From the NCBI RefSeq assembly GCF_018977255.1, contig NW_024704743.1:70992001-71056000 (forward strand): a DNA stretch of 64,000 nucleotides. The letters run 5' to 3'. Origin of the DNA: Callorhinchus milii (Eukaryota). Below are positions 42,601 through 54,998 of the stretch, piece after piece. The translations under genes were made by a program, and so were the position numbers. How positions within the stretch are numbered: the first letter of the stretch is position 1; each line of letters begins with the position of its first letter. Below the pieces are notes generated by a model. That model was not told where the DNA came from, did no database searches, and saw nothing but the letters and a program-made list of their open reading frames with translations.

Positions 42601-45600
42601 TTTGGGACGTCCTCCCGACGTGAAAAGCGCTATATCAAATGCAAGGATTATTATTATTATTATTAAGAGTATCCAAACTAAACCAGAGTTCCATGTATGC
42701 ATGGAAATTTTCATTTGTCTGGAATTACGTGCTCTCTTCCCCCAAAGAGATGTGCCCTGCTTACCTGACACCAGAATATACCAGGAGTGAAATACAACTT
42801 ACAATTACATTGTATCACACCAGGATGACTTAAAGTGCTTTTGACAGTTGGCTGGACACCCAAGGCCAAAAGGTCTGGGGAGGGTGGGAAGAGAAATGAA
42901 AGGAACAAGGATGAATGAAAGTAGCATCCAAGAGGCAAGTCTTCTCCTCCAACTCTAAAGCACGGTGATGGGTTTCTGCATGTGTCAGACACCCGGCTGA
43001 CCAAAATAAGTCTTCTCCACAAGAAGGTGCAGATTATTCAGAACTCTGCAGCTGATATCCTCTCCTGCACCAAACTCTGGGAACCGATCACCGGGTAAGG
43101 ATAGGGGTAATCAGCTCACGAGCTTGGTGCGGGAGAGGACACGGGCGACAAGAGTTTTGAATAATCTGCAGCTTGTGGAGGTAAGAGTCGGGAAGTCTTC
43201 CAAGCAGGAAGAAAGCATAACAAGATATCGAGGTTCCGCACCAGCTCCATGATCATCCGAGCAAGTCGACACAGTCAGGGCGTGAAGCGAGAAGACACTG
43301 GTTGCCAGGGACAGCCCAGCCTTGTTGACAATAAATTGAAGGAGCTAGAACTCATCCAGAACTTGATGTCTGACAGGAAATCAGTCAGAACAGCAGTAGT
43401 ACTGTAGTTGAGGGGAGAGACAGAGTTGTGTGTCCTCTACGTGCATGTAGAAGTGGATCCCATATCTGCAGATGATGTCAGCAAATGGGAAAGGATAGAT
43501 GATGAAACGGAGGCCCAAAGATAGAGCGACAATCAACGATGCATGTGACTACACAAGAGTGGGAGAAGCCATAGGAAGAGATGCCGGGATAGATAGGATT
43601 GAAACAAAAACAGAACCGTGAATGTGGAACAATGAGAACTGATGACGGAGAATTATGGGGTGAGCAACTGTGTTGAAAGCGGTAGAGGTCAAGTAGTTCG
43701 AGAAGGCAGAGCACCCTGGTTGCAGATGGCGAGAAGGTCATTGAGAACCTTGACCAGGACAGTTTCAGTGCTGTGGGTGGAAGCATTGGAGAGGCTAATG
43801 CAGGGTGCGCCGGCATAGTAAAGAACAAGTTGGGAGGCAAAGACTCGTTCTAGCACCTTGGAGAGGAACATCAGGCTGAAGGTGGGCCGGCACATTTGAT
43901 ACAGCGCTTTCACGCCAGAAGGATGTCTCACGGAGCTTCACAAGATTTGATTAGAAATTTAATAGTAATGACTGTGTATTTTGTAGGTGAACATTGGCAG
44001 CCATGAAGTGAATCACCAATTTTATTTCAACCTCATCCAACCACACCTCTGTACAGCACACCAAGACGTTGTCCTGCATTAAGGGTGCTATATAAATTCA
44101 AGTTGTTATTGTTATTTGAGGGAATTGTTGGCCAGGACCTCGGGAGATATCTTTCGGATTTTTAATTTTCACCTGAACAGGTAGTTTAATGCGAAGGATT
44201 TAATAATCATCCTTGCATTTGATATAGCACCTTATCACTTCTTCGAGGCGTCTCAAAGCACTTCACAGAATATACTGTAAAGTGAATTCACTATACTTTG
44301 TGGGCGAAACTCAGCAATCAATTACGCACAGCAGTGTCCCACAAACAGTTGTGGATAGAAGTGATTTTTTTTTTTAAAAAAAAGGAATTATTACCCCCGG
44401 AAAAGGGATTCACCAATCGACTAACAACCGGGTTCCTACCGACTGCTAGGCAAACAGAGGCATGTGGAGTATGGAAACTTGCCCAACATTTCGCCCTACT
44501 AGGAATCGAACCCAAGTCTCTCGCTTGCAAGCCGAGTGTTCTAACCACTAAGCTACAGGACTCCACTGCCCCCTCCAACAACGGCGGATGCCCCCCTCCA
44601 ACAACGGCGGATGCCCCCCTCCAACAACGGCGGATGCCCCCCTCCAACAACGGCGGATGCCCCCCTCCAACAACGGCGGATGCCCCCCTCCAACAACGGC
44701 GGATGCCCCCCTCCAACAACGGCGGATGCCCCCTCCAACAACGGCGGATGCCCCCTCCAACAACGGCGGATGCCCCCCTCCAACAACGGCGGATGCCCCC
44801 CTCCAACAACGGCGGATGCCCCCCTCCAACAACGGCGGATGCCCCCCTCCACAACGGCGGATGCCCCCCTCCAACAACGGCGGATGCCCCCCTCCAACAA
44901 CGGCGGATGCCCCCCTCCAACAACGGCGGATGCCCCCCTCCAACAACGGCGGATGCCCCCTCCAACAACGGCGGATGCCCCCCTCCAACAACGGCGGATG
45001 CCCCCCTCCAACAACGGCGGATGCCCCCCTCCAACAACGGCGGATGCCCCCCTCCAACAACGGCGGATGCCCCCCTCCAACAACGGCGGATGCCCCCCTC
45101 CAACAACGGCGGATGCCCCCTCCAACAACGGCGGATGCCCCCTCCAACAACGGCGGATGCCCCCTCCAACAACGGCGGATGCCCCCCTCCAACAACGGCG
45201 GATGCCCCCCTCCAACAACGGCGGATGCCCCCCTCCAACAACGGCGGATGCCCCCCTCCAACAACGGCGGATGCCCCCCTCCAACAACGGCGGATGCCCC
45301 CCTCCAACAACGGAGGATGCCCCCCTCCAACAACGGAGGATGCCCCCAGCACTATACTGCAGCATCAGTCCAGACTATACGAGTTGTCAGTTTTTGAAAT
45401 CATAATTGAACTATAGGAATTCAAAGTCCCAAAGTGGGGCTTGAACCCCACAATGCTGAATCAGAGGCAAGAATGCTACCAACTGAGCCGACTGACGCAA
45501 TATGCCATGTTCGCCAAAGAACAGTCACTCCACTTTATAGCATGTTCTGTGACGTGTATCGAATGTCCTCCTGACGTGAAAAGCTCTATGCCAAAGGCAA

Positions 45601-48600
45601 GGGATATTTATTATCATGTTAAACAGAAGTTAGCATGAAAGTAGGCCATTCGGCCCAATTAACCCACGTTGGTGTTTATACTCCACATGATCACCCAACA
45701 ATTTGGGCACATCCACACTGTATTTAAGAGTCAGCTTAGACTACTGAGTTCAAAGTCACAACTTGGAGCTCAAACTCACAGCTTTCATACTTGGAGGCGA
45801 GAGTGCAACCAAACAGAGATGGTCTTAATGACTCGCGACAATGCTTTCAGGGGCAAGATATGTGGTTTTAGCTGATTATCTCCAGCTATACCCTAACACC
45901 AACACTCTGGCTTTTCCTCCAGTGTGTGCACATTTCATTCCAGACCAATAAAATTTCCATGCATACATCAAGTGCTATACATATGTGGATACTCCTAAGT
46001 ATGATGGGTTTCCACATATGTCAAACACCCTCCAAAAAAACTGAATTTGAACATGTACTCACGTAACTGGGGACTCCATTAAAGAACTTTCTGGTAAATC
46101 AGGTAATAAATCATCCTCTTCAAAGTCATTTTCAAATGATCCTACTGGTCTCAAGTTCTGTAGCAAAGGGGAAAAAAAACACCATTCGAGGATTGGAACT
46201 GATTTTTATGCTATTTACCTCCTCCCACTCACTCCAACCATATAACTTTCAACTAGAATACAATGCAGGTTACATTTATATACTGCCTTTCATGTCAGAA
46301 TGTCATCTCAAAGGGCAGTACACAGTTGGTTGGGCACCAAAGCTGGGGAGTAGGAGCTAAAGAAAAAGTAACAGGAGAATGGAAAGATGCCTGAAAGCGC
46401 AGCGAAAAGCAGTGGAATGGAAAGTGGAGAGGAATGGAGCCAGTCGGAAGGACTCCGGAGTAGAGTTTCAGAGACCAGAGGAAGAATAGCTGTAAGCTTG
46501 TCCACCAATGATGGGATGGGGAACATGAAGTAGACTAGTGTTCGTTGAGCAATGGCAGTGGTGAAGTCTGTAGAGTTGTAAGAGGTTCAGAGATGGAACT
46601 GGTTTGCAGACGGATTGGAACACAAGGTTAAGGATCTTGGATTTGATCTTAGGGGGATGGGGAGTCAAGCAAGAATGGGGCTGATCAGGATCCGGAAGCC
46701 TGGTGTGGTAAATATTATTGAAAGCACAAGGTAGGTCTAGGGATGGACCTTGAATGAAGTGAGGGAGTATGTCGGAGGGACTCCAGGATGGAGTTCCAGA
46801 GAGCAGGGGCAGGAGAACAGTGGGCAGAGAACATAAAGTAGCTTGTGTTTTCTGAGCAAAAGAAGTAGCTAAAATCAAAAAAAGGACCAAATCTAAGCTC
46901 AAACTCCTCTGGGTCAAATCTGGTGTAATGCTCTTCAAAATCAAATCCAAAGAATGGTTTCCTCACAATCTATTTTGCAAATGCAACATACATATTAAAA
47001 TACTAATCTTTGCATGATATAGCAGCTTTCATTTCTGGAAATCTCAGAACACTTCACAGGGTTTACTCTAACTGTATTTAGTAGGCAAACACAACAGCCA
47101 ATTTGTCCTCAGCATTGTCTCACAAATAGTCACGGATTGAATGATCAATTTTTTATCTCGAGGATAAAATTGGGAGAATGTCTCATCCAAAGGATGGCAT
47201 TTCTGACAATGCTGTACTCCTCCCCACCACCTGCATTGCATTGGAGCTCAAGCCTTGACTATGAGTTCAAAGTAACAACATGGGAATTGAATCCACTACA
47301 ATCTGACTCAAAGTCAAGTGTGCTATCAACTAAATTAGGCTGCAACAAGACCAAAACCTTGAATCAGTTACTGATATTTATCTATTACCCATGCTACAAA
47401 GTGGTTTGACGTGGACACTGGGAAAGAACAAGGTCTAGTTCAGCTGTATTTCCAATGAATAATTACTCCCTGACCTGCTCCACAAAGCATAGTGACTTGA
47501 TTGAGGTACCAGTGATCAAAGGAGAAAAAAAAAGTAGCAGGTAGCCATGAACCCTTAAGTGTACATTAGGAGCTTCACAAAAGAAGGTTCTGATCATGCA
47601 TTAGTGTGACTCAGTTGGTAGCATTCAATCAGAAGGCTGTGGGTTCAAGCAACCATTTGAATTTATATATTCTGGGCTGACACACCAATGCAATGCTGGA
47701 GTTGCAGTGAGTTTTTGGAAATGCCATCCTTTGGATCACACTGAAAAAAACAAGATACCAACTGCCTGTTCAGGTGGTTTGGGATTGGGCACTCACTTCA
47801 TGGCTGTTTGCGGATCATTGCTGTGTACAAAATTGGCTGCCACGTTTGCCTACAAATAGTATCACTACACTTACATAGTACATCTTATGAAGAGCTTAAT
47901 TTCTTACAAAGGCAGAAGATATTCATCATATAATTCACGATGGTGCCGCCATATGAATATAAATATTACGATTTGCAATCCTTTCCAACTTAAAAAAAAT
48001 CTTACTACATTGAACGAACACAACTCTTGCATAGGCCCAAGAAGATCCGCAGCATGTATCAGGTTGTTAGTTACTTTAGAGATGATCTTTTTCAAAGTAG
48101 ATAGTCTGGTCTGAAATAAAAACACAAATTACAGCGTTAACCTTATTCTTGGAGTGGCTACATTTTGCACATTACAAAATAAATAAGATTACAAATGAAA
48201 GTACAACGTACATTCTTTAATATGCAATTATTAAGATAGAACTCATGCAAGCTTCCTTTTTAAAGACATCCTCCCAGGAAAAATGGAAATAAGACAAAAA
48301 CTGAAATAGGGCAATGAAGAATGACCCATTCAAACAGGTTTAATTCACAACCTAAGCCTGGATTCACTTTCTTTGCTCAGAAAACAATTCGACCTTTCAA
48401 AGCTGCTGACGGTTCAGCCAGCTTGGCTCATCTATAGGACTTGGACGGACAGACCAGTTACTGGGGCAGGGATTCTTCCCACTCAACTCAGTTAACCCTG
48501 TAAACCAAAGCTGGACACTAACTGGCAAACCATGTGGTTTTAGCTGGTTAGACTCCAGCAGTACCCCAACAATAATCACCACTACTAACAAGAACAACTT

Positions 48601-49649
48601 GTATTTACATAGCACCCTTCACTAGGGGTAGCTTAACAGTGGCAGAGACTGATGCCAAGCCGAGGGTGGGAGGCAGGAGGGGACCGTAAGCATAGTCGGA
48701 AGAAGGCCTTCAGCCTTCATCTGAAAAAGGGGAAAGGCTCGAGTAAGGAGTGGTTAGAGAGGTGTAAGCAAAGCTGATTTGCAACAACGCGTTCCAGAAC
48801 TTTGACAAGTTAGAAATGGGCCACTAGTATGTCAGGTTAGAGGATGGGCTTTTTAAGGGGAGCGATGAGAGGGTGTGCATTCCATTATAATACATGGGAA
48901 TTTCCACGTGTAGATAGAATACATGGAATTCTGTTAGGTTTGGGATAGGTTAAGCATTAGAGATGTTTTTCACATGGGTCAAGAGACCTGGCTGACCAAA
49001 AAATTAATACGATTGCAAGAGCCAAGGGGTGTTTGAATTCTAAACAGTTGACTAAACGTTACTGAAAAATAACAGTAATTTATCTTGTATAGTTTCTCCG
49101 ATTTCACTTTTGCCCTGTTAAGTCTTTCCACATTCCAAATTTCTAAACCTACTATGATTGAAACTTAATTTTACACGTTATAATTGTTTAAGACATTTGC
49201 TGTCAAGTCACAAAGGATTTTGCTCATGTACCTCAACTTGCTCTGGAAGATGTTCAAGTTTCCTTCTTAGCATAAAAATGTGGAACATCATTGACTGCCG
49301 CTCTCTTTTCATGGACAATATCACATCTTGTGCCTCTCTCAGCTTCTCCTTTTCTGCCGCTAAAGACAGTGCTAGGTCTTGGTTGTTTTCTTGGATATAT
49401 TTTATCAAGGAGCTTTTATCTGTAGTTTTTTTAAAAAAGTTAGTAAAGTAAAATAAGAACATGAAAAATTGTAGCTCCTCAGAAATAATAACAAATCTTA
49501 CTTAGTATATTGTTTTTAACTCTTGAAGTCTTGCTTTGCTTAGCCCTGACAACTTTAGCCAAATTCAGATTTCGTTTCTCCTTCATTCGCTCCTTGATAG
49601 CTTCCAGGCTGTCCTGGAAAGACTTCTTTTGAACCCTTTCATTGACCAT
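36451..49649 (-). CDS. SGO1: Shugoshin 1, whole spliced CDS: 9 coding exons, 2238 nt, 745 aa
   Basis: Exons 49649-49502, 49419-49232, 48110-48006, 46157-46063, 42097-41958, 40804-39815, 38596-38366, 37881-37692, 36601-36451; GT-AG and phase-consistent. N-terminal [27 protein letters not shown] plus coiled coil; YDF...LTPFRQK cohesin-binding motif; SGO C-box [23 protein letters not shown]. Confidence 0.94.
37692..37881 (-). CDS. SGO1: SGO1 coding exon 8 ([11 protein letters not shown]-box; [17 protein letters not shown])
   Basis: aaaacag| and GC|GTAAGT, 190 nt. Confidence 0.93.
38366..38596 (-). CDS. SGO1: SGO1 coding exon 7 ([14 protein letters not shown]...KQALKTT)
   Basis: tttaatag| and CAG|GTAAGG, 231 nt open frame, phase 1-1; sequence itself not recognisably conserved. 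Confidence 0.75.
39815..40804 (-). CDS. SGO1: SGO1 large central exon (990 nt; [35 protein letters not shown])
   Basis: Long open frame; ttttcaaaaag| and ATG|GTGAGT; phase 1-1. Confidence 0.92.
41140..41860 (-). mobile_element. Degraded L2 LINE ORF2 fragment
   Basis: Similar to the other L2 copies in the window. Confidence 0.65.
41958..42097 (-). CDS. SGO1: SGO1 coding exon 5 ([15 protein letters not shown]...ALKKSK)
   Basis: ttttcttag| and AAG|GTAAAT; phase 2-1. Confidence 0.8.
42348..42663 (+). mobile_element. Young tRNA-derived SINE (head to tail) with L2-like tail
   Basis: Head GGAGTCCTGTAGCTCAGTGGTTAGAGCACTCGCTTTGCAAGTGAGAGACCTGAGTTCAATTCC (A/B boxes, TGC anticodon loop); (ATT)n tail; ttaag on both flanks. 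Confidence 0.92.
43020..43890 (-). mobile_element. Degraded L2 LINE RT fragment
   Basis: FLSKVLERV and [15 protein letters not shown], characteristic of L2 ORF2. Confidence 0.75.
44201..44565 (-). mobile_element. Young tRNA-derived SINE, full length
   Basis: Reverse complement of the same family. Confidence 0.92.
44567..45347. repeat. Minisatellite, about 34 copies of the 23-mer GCCCCCCTCCAACAACGGCGGAT, in an SGO1 intron
   Basis: Near-perfect tandem units varying mainly in C-run length. Confidence 0.97.
46063..46157 (-). CDS. SGO1: SGO1 coding exon 4 (acidic, [32 protein letters not shown])
   Basis: Strong pyrimidine tract plus ctacag|, AC|GTGAGT; phase 0-2 fits neighbours. Confidence 0.8.
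46290..46820 (-). mobile_element. Degraded L2 LINE 3' fragment(s)
   Basis: [18 protein letters not shown] segment; ctctggaactcc motifs. Confidence 0.6.
48006..48110 (-). CDS. SGO1: SGO1 coding exon 3 ([35 protein letters not shown])
   Basis: tttatttcag| and GTA|GTAAGA, 105 nt, phase 0-0. Confidence 0.85.
49232..49419 (-). CDS. SGO1: SGO1 coding exon 2 (PP2A-binding coiled coil, [28 protein letters not shown])
   Basis: 82-nt upstream intron with a perfect TACTAAC branch site; GAG|GTACAT donor. Confidence 0.92.
49502..49649 (-). CDS. SGO1: SGO1 first coding exon ([33 protein letters not shown]...); exon begins at 49672
   Basis: tttgacag| acceptor 23 nt before the ATG; A|GTAAGA donor. Confidence 0.93.
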
Positions 49650-50411
49650 TTTCAGTTGTCAGCCCCCAACACCTGTCAAAAGAAAATGTTTTCAACAAAT
49701 GATCATAGGGGTCAAAACAAAGCAACATAATCCACAAGTTAAGATCTTCATTCTCCAAATACATTAATGTATTCCACAAGTGATAGAGACTAGGTCCATC
49801 TAGATTCAGGCTGTTAAGAAATTAAAGGAATGCCTCTTTTATTAAGTTCTCATGGTACTATAAATTACCCACATAATACCCTACAAACTTCTGTGCATTT
49901 CAGGTGCAGCTGCCCTACACTTAACTTACCTATGACAAGACCAATAGAAAAGTGTGGAAATATTTGCCAAAAATTACTGACCATTTGACAAATTTTGCAG
50001 AAAATTCTGAGAAACTTTGCAAAGGGTTGATTGGTGCTATTTAGAGACACATTTTATGAAACAACCCAAATTAAAATTATAGACATTTTCCTGAACATGT
50101 AGTTATGTTTAAAATGCTAAAAATGTTAATAATAATCTTGCATTTGATGTAACGCCTTACCACGGTTGAGACATCTCAAAGCATTTCACATAATATATTG
50201 TAAAGTGAATTGACTGTATATTTTGTGAGCGAATAGTTCAGCACTTAGCAAGAATTCGTCACAGCTCATTTTAGGCTGACAACTGGGCAAAGCTGATTTC
50301 CCGCTCGTGCTTCTGCGATCCCAATACTTTCACGACCGGAGCCACTCCATTCACAGTAGCAACATCAAGCAAATACTACCAAGCTATTCACTCTCAACAC
50401 CCAGAGTTAAT

Positions 50412-50778
50412 ATTAATAATAAACCTTGCATTTGGTATAGCGCCTTATCGCATCATTGAGACATCTCAAAGCATGTCACAGAATATACTGTAAAGTGTAG
50501 TGACTGTATTTTGTGGGCAAAACGTGGCAGCCAATTGCGCACAGCAACATTCCACAAGCAATCGTGGATTGGGTGACCACATTACTATTATTTTTGAGAG
50601 ATTATTACTCCTGGAAAGTGATCCACGAATCAAGCGGATTCCTACTTACCACTAGGTAAACAGAGGCGTGTATGTGGATTACGGAAACTTGCCTAAGGTT
50701 CACCCTGCCCGGGAATCAAACCCAAACCCTCTTGTTGGTAAGGCGAGTGCTCTAATCACGACCCTATGGGACTCTACT
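50412..50778 (-). mobile_element. Young tRNA-derived SINE, full length
   Basis: Same family. Confidence 0.88.
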
Positions 50779-52039
50779 CTTAATATACTCATGCGCACAG
50801 ACACACATTTTCAACTCAGTTCAGAGGAAGTCTCAAAGCTTGAGAAAATCACAGGATTTTCAGTAATGTGTAGTGACTGTATTTGTAGGCGAAGATGGTA
50901 TCCCATATGGTATCTCATATAGCAAAGTGCCACAAACAACTATGAATGACCAATTTTACCCTGGGGGATTGTTGTCTGAAGACACTGAGAAACTACCTTC
51001 TCAAATAGTGACTTGGGATCTCTAACATATACCCGAGCAGGCAGACCGGACTTGGTTTAAGTGTCTCATGCAAAAACAGAACCTTCAACAATGCAACACA
51101 CCCCCAGGACTGTGTTTTTTTATTAAGGTCGGTGTCTGGCACATGTGGAAACCAATAATCATGCTTAAGAGTATCCAAACCAAAGTGAGTTCTGTTCATC
51201 TGTGATGGATTAGCAATGAAATGGAACACAATGGTAAACCCACAGCTTGGACACATATCTCTTCCCATTGAGCGATGGTTCCACTAGTTGGAGGTGCAGA
51301 GCTTGAGCAGCATCTTCTTACTTTTCTGCAAACCAATGTACAAATGCATGTTCACAAACTCAGACTCCAGGCAACAGTCACCCCCTGGCAGCTGTCACCC
51401 CCAAGCCTCAGACATCCACCTTCAGCATGGTGCGAAGACTTTTTCGGGGCAGCTTGTGACATGGTAACAACCTTGATGTTCAAGATCGACCCAATGTTTC
51501 ATTAATTTAATTAAGCTGAACACTGTGAAGCTTGCCTCTAGCCTGCTCAGCAGTAGGCTGGAGCCCTCCCTCAAAACAGCACTACATTGTGTGTCAGCCT
51601 ACTAAATTAAACCAATTAAACTAAACAGGCTATTAAACTATCTGACTTCCAAGTCCCAACTTGAAGATTGAACTCAGTCTTCTTACTCAAAAGGTGAGAA
51701 CATTACGAATCAAGTCAAACTGACCCCTTTGGTCAGAAAAAATAAACAACTGTAGGTGGTCATCTAACTGAATGAGGAGAGCGTTGGGAGAGTATGAGGA
51801 AACAGCAGTGAATTGAGATTTGGGTGGCTGAGAACTGTGCAGAGACCACCAACACCATGCTTAAAAGTAAACAAAGCCACTTACACATAGAAATTACCGT
51901 GTCTGGAATGCACTCTCTCCTTAGAGGGATACACCCTGCCTATTCTGCATACTTAATTCTGGAAAGTATTAGATGCTGGTTTGCAAGAGCCAATGTTTTG
52001 GCACCTCACAGTGTACATTGCAACACTGCTGGAATTTAA

Positions 52040-52465
52040 CCAGGTCATACAAAATTCTGCCGCCCGCAATCTTACCCGCACCAAACTCCGCTCCCCAATT
52101 ACCCGAGTCCTTGCCAGACTGCACTGGCTGCCTGTCCCAGAAAGGATTGACTTCAAGATCATCACCCTTGTCTTCAAATCCCTCCACTCCTTTGCACCCC
52201 CCCACCTCTCTGACCTCCTCTATCCTCACAACAGTGCCCGTTGCCTTCGCTCCACCATCGGTGGCCTTGACTTCAGCCACTATGCCCCGAGGCTCTGGAA
52301 CACCCTTCACACTTTCAGGTCTCGGCTGAAGACCTTTCTTTTTGACTGCGCCTTTGGTCATCTTCCTTCCCCCTCCCCCTGGCTCGGCCCCGGGATCCGT
52401 TACTGTGAAGCACTGTGAGACGCCATCTGGCGTGGAAGGCGCTATATAAATCCAAGTTGTTGTTG
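52040..52465 (+). mobile_element. L2 LINE 3' fragment nested in an older repeat
   Basis: QNSAARNLTRTK...ITRVLARLHWLPVPERIDFKI; GTTGTTGTTG tail; flanked by accag on both sides. Confidence 0.88.
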
Positions 52466-54632
52466 ACCAGTTAAAACCACCTATCCTTGCCATTGAAAGC
52501 ACTGTCTGGCACGCTTCTTGCTACTTGTCCAGGTAGGACCACAATTAGGGCTTCAGCATACAGGGTTAGCAGGAGCTGAGTGTGAAGAATTCCTGCCCCC
52601 AGTCTGCCCACCCAGGTGCTGCCAATAATGGCCGGTCTGACACCAGCAGTGCCTTGGGAGTACCGTGGACACCAGAACAGTGACCACCACAGAATGACTC
52701 CATTTTAACATTCTATTGCCAAGCACATCACCTTGGAGCCCGTTCAGCTCCATGGAGACTGCACTTACCTCCCCAAACATAGTTACTAGTTCGTCACTTG
52801 ACATCCAACAAGCACAGGTTTGAGCCACTAGGCAAATGGTAGGTGCCTGCAAGTTTCCTAGTGAGCAGCACGGCTCAGCATGAAATGGATGAGAACATTG
52901 CCACCATCTTTCTGCCCACAGCCCTACCAATTCAGCGTTGGTCCCACCAGTTAGATATGGAACCTGAGCAGCGGCTGCTTACCTCTGCATTACAATCAAG
53001 GTGGATTCCTGCACATACGAATACAGGTTCATGAACAGAGTTGGTCATTCACTTCATGGCTGTTTGTAGAACACTGTGGTGCACAAATTGACTGTCATGT
53101 TCGCCTAAAAAATAGTCACTATGGATGGCATCCTGGAGGAGCAAACGACACAAAGTAAAGGGCCAAATAGCGTTGTATATTTCTATGGTTCAATTTTGAT
53201 TATACATCTCTTCCCTAGTAATTTGCACAATATTGCCAGTAATGAATTTGCTTTTCTGTATCACTCTTCACATTAAAAACATTTCAAAGCAACTCATAAA
53301 TTGAGAATGCCTGAAATTACACCTCACCTCAGCCTACTAGACCTTGTGATCTAAACAATTTAAGATTACACAGCACGATGGACAACTTTTAAACTTAGAT
53401 GTTTTTAAAGAAAGCAGAAAAAAAATTTGAATCAGAAAAATCCAAACTAAGTCTGAATTTAAGAAGTTTCTAGAATTCAGCACAAACTTTAAGCCCCATG
53501 TCAGGACTTTGAGCTCATGTAGTCCAGGCTGATGTGCTGCACTGTCAGAGGTGCTATCCATCAGATAAAATATTGAACCATCTGCTTGTTCAGGTAGATG
53601 TTAAAAATCCTGTGGCACTATTCAAAAAGAGAAACAAATTTCTCTGTGTTCTGGAAAACCAGCACCCAAGGAGGCCAGATACTCTCACATCCTGCACTTT
53701 CTGCACAAAATGGGCATCAAATCTCCCTCCATTATGCTAATTGATCGTGGTCCTAATGTCTCAGCAGACCAAAAGTCCACTCCACTTTAGGCCTCTTTCC
53801 CCCTCTCCCCTCGTAAAACTGGTCATTGACTGCATGGCGGTTTGTGGGACATTGCTGTGCGCAACCTTTTTGTGGGGGGCGGGGTTAGTCAGAAGAGTGT
53901 CTGACATATGCAGAAACCCATCACCATAATAAAAGAGTATCCAAACCAAGCTGAGAATTCCACGCCTTCCACCTACACGTGCACACTGAGGCTGACAATA
54001 AGAGCTCCTAGTCTCAATGTGTGTCTCGAACTTACAACCTGCTGACTCAAAGGCAAGAGTGCTACCAATTATTTTTGGTCAGTTGGATGTCTGTTACATA
54101 CAGAAACCCAGCACCATGTTTAAGTATATCCAACCCAAACTGAGAATTCCATGCACCCCAACTACACACACTACACATGGAAATCCCAGAGATAGATTTT
54201 TAGAATGGAATGCACACTCTCTCCCTTGAGGACACATCCTGCTCACCTAATCTCGGAAAGCATTAGGCGCAGGTTGGCTTGAGCCAAAACTTGGGGTTCC
54301 CAGTGTGTGTATTAGGGTACTGCTGGAGTATAACCAGCTAAAACCACATAACTTGCCAGTGATATTACTGCCTGGCAAGCCTTCCCGATGCTTGACCAGC
54401 TAGGGCCATCCTAACTGTTAGGGTTTTGGCTTGCCGAGACCGTCACAGAGGATTGGCTCAATTTCACCAGATGTCACCTTGGAGCCAGTTCAGGTCCAAG
54501 GAAACCCTCACTTATCACCCCCCCCCCAAGAGTATAGTCACTAGTTAGTGCGGGTTTGAGCCCTTAATAGGTGGATGATAAGTACCAGGAACTCCCTGCA
54601 AGCTTCACGGTGGGCAACACAGCTCAGCATTA

Positions 54633-54998
54633 ACTCCTGTAGCTCAGTGGCTAGAGTACTCTCCTCGCAAGCGATAGACCTGGGTTCGATTCCTTACAGG
54701 GCGAAACAATGGGCAAGTTTCCTTACTCCACACGCCTCTGTTTACGTAGCAGTAAGTAGGAACCTGGTTATTAGTCGATTAGCGAATCGCTTTTCCCGGG
54801 TAATAATTCCTTTAAAAATAATTGGTCACTTCAATCCATGACTGTTTGTGGGACACGGCTGAGCACACTTGGCTGCCACATTTCACCCACAATATATACA
54901 GTCAATTCACTTTGCAGTATATTCTGCAAAGCGTTTTGGGACGTCTTGAAGACGTGATACGGTGCTATATCAAATGCAAGGATTATTATTTATTATTA
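54633..54998 (+). mobile_element. Young tRNA-derived SINE, full length
   Basis: tcctgtagctcagtggctagag...ggttcgattcc head; (ATT)n tail. Confidence 0.9.

Noticed and set aside
44298..45416. Six overlapping ORFs of 261-372 aa; superficially CRISPR-like periodicity
   Set aside because: Direct tandem 23-mer with no unique spacers, in a vertebrate genome; ORFs arise from lack of stop codons in the unit.
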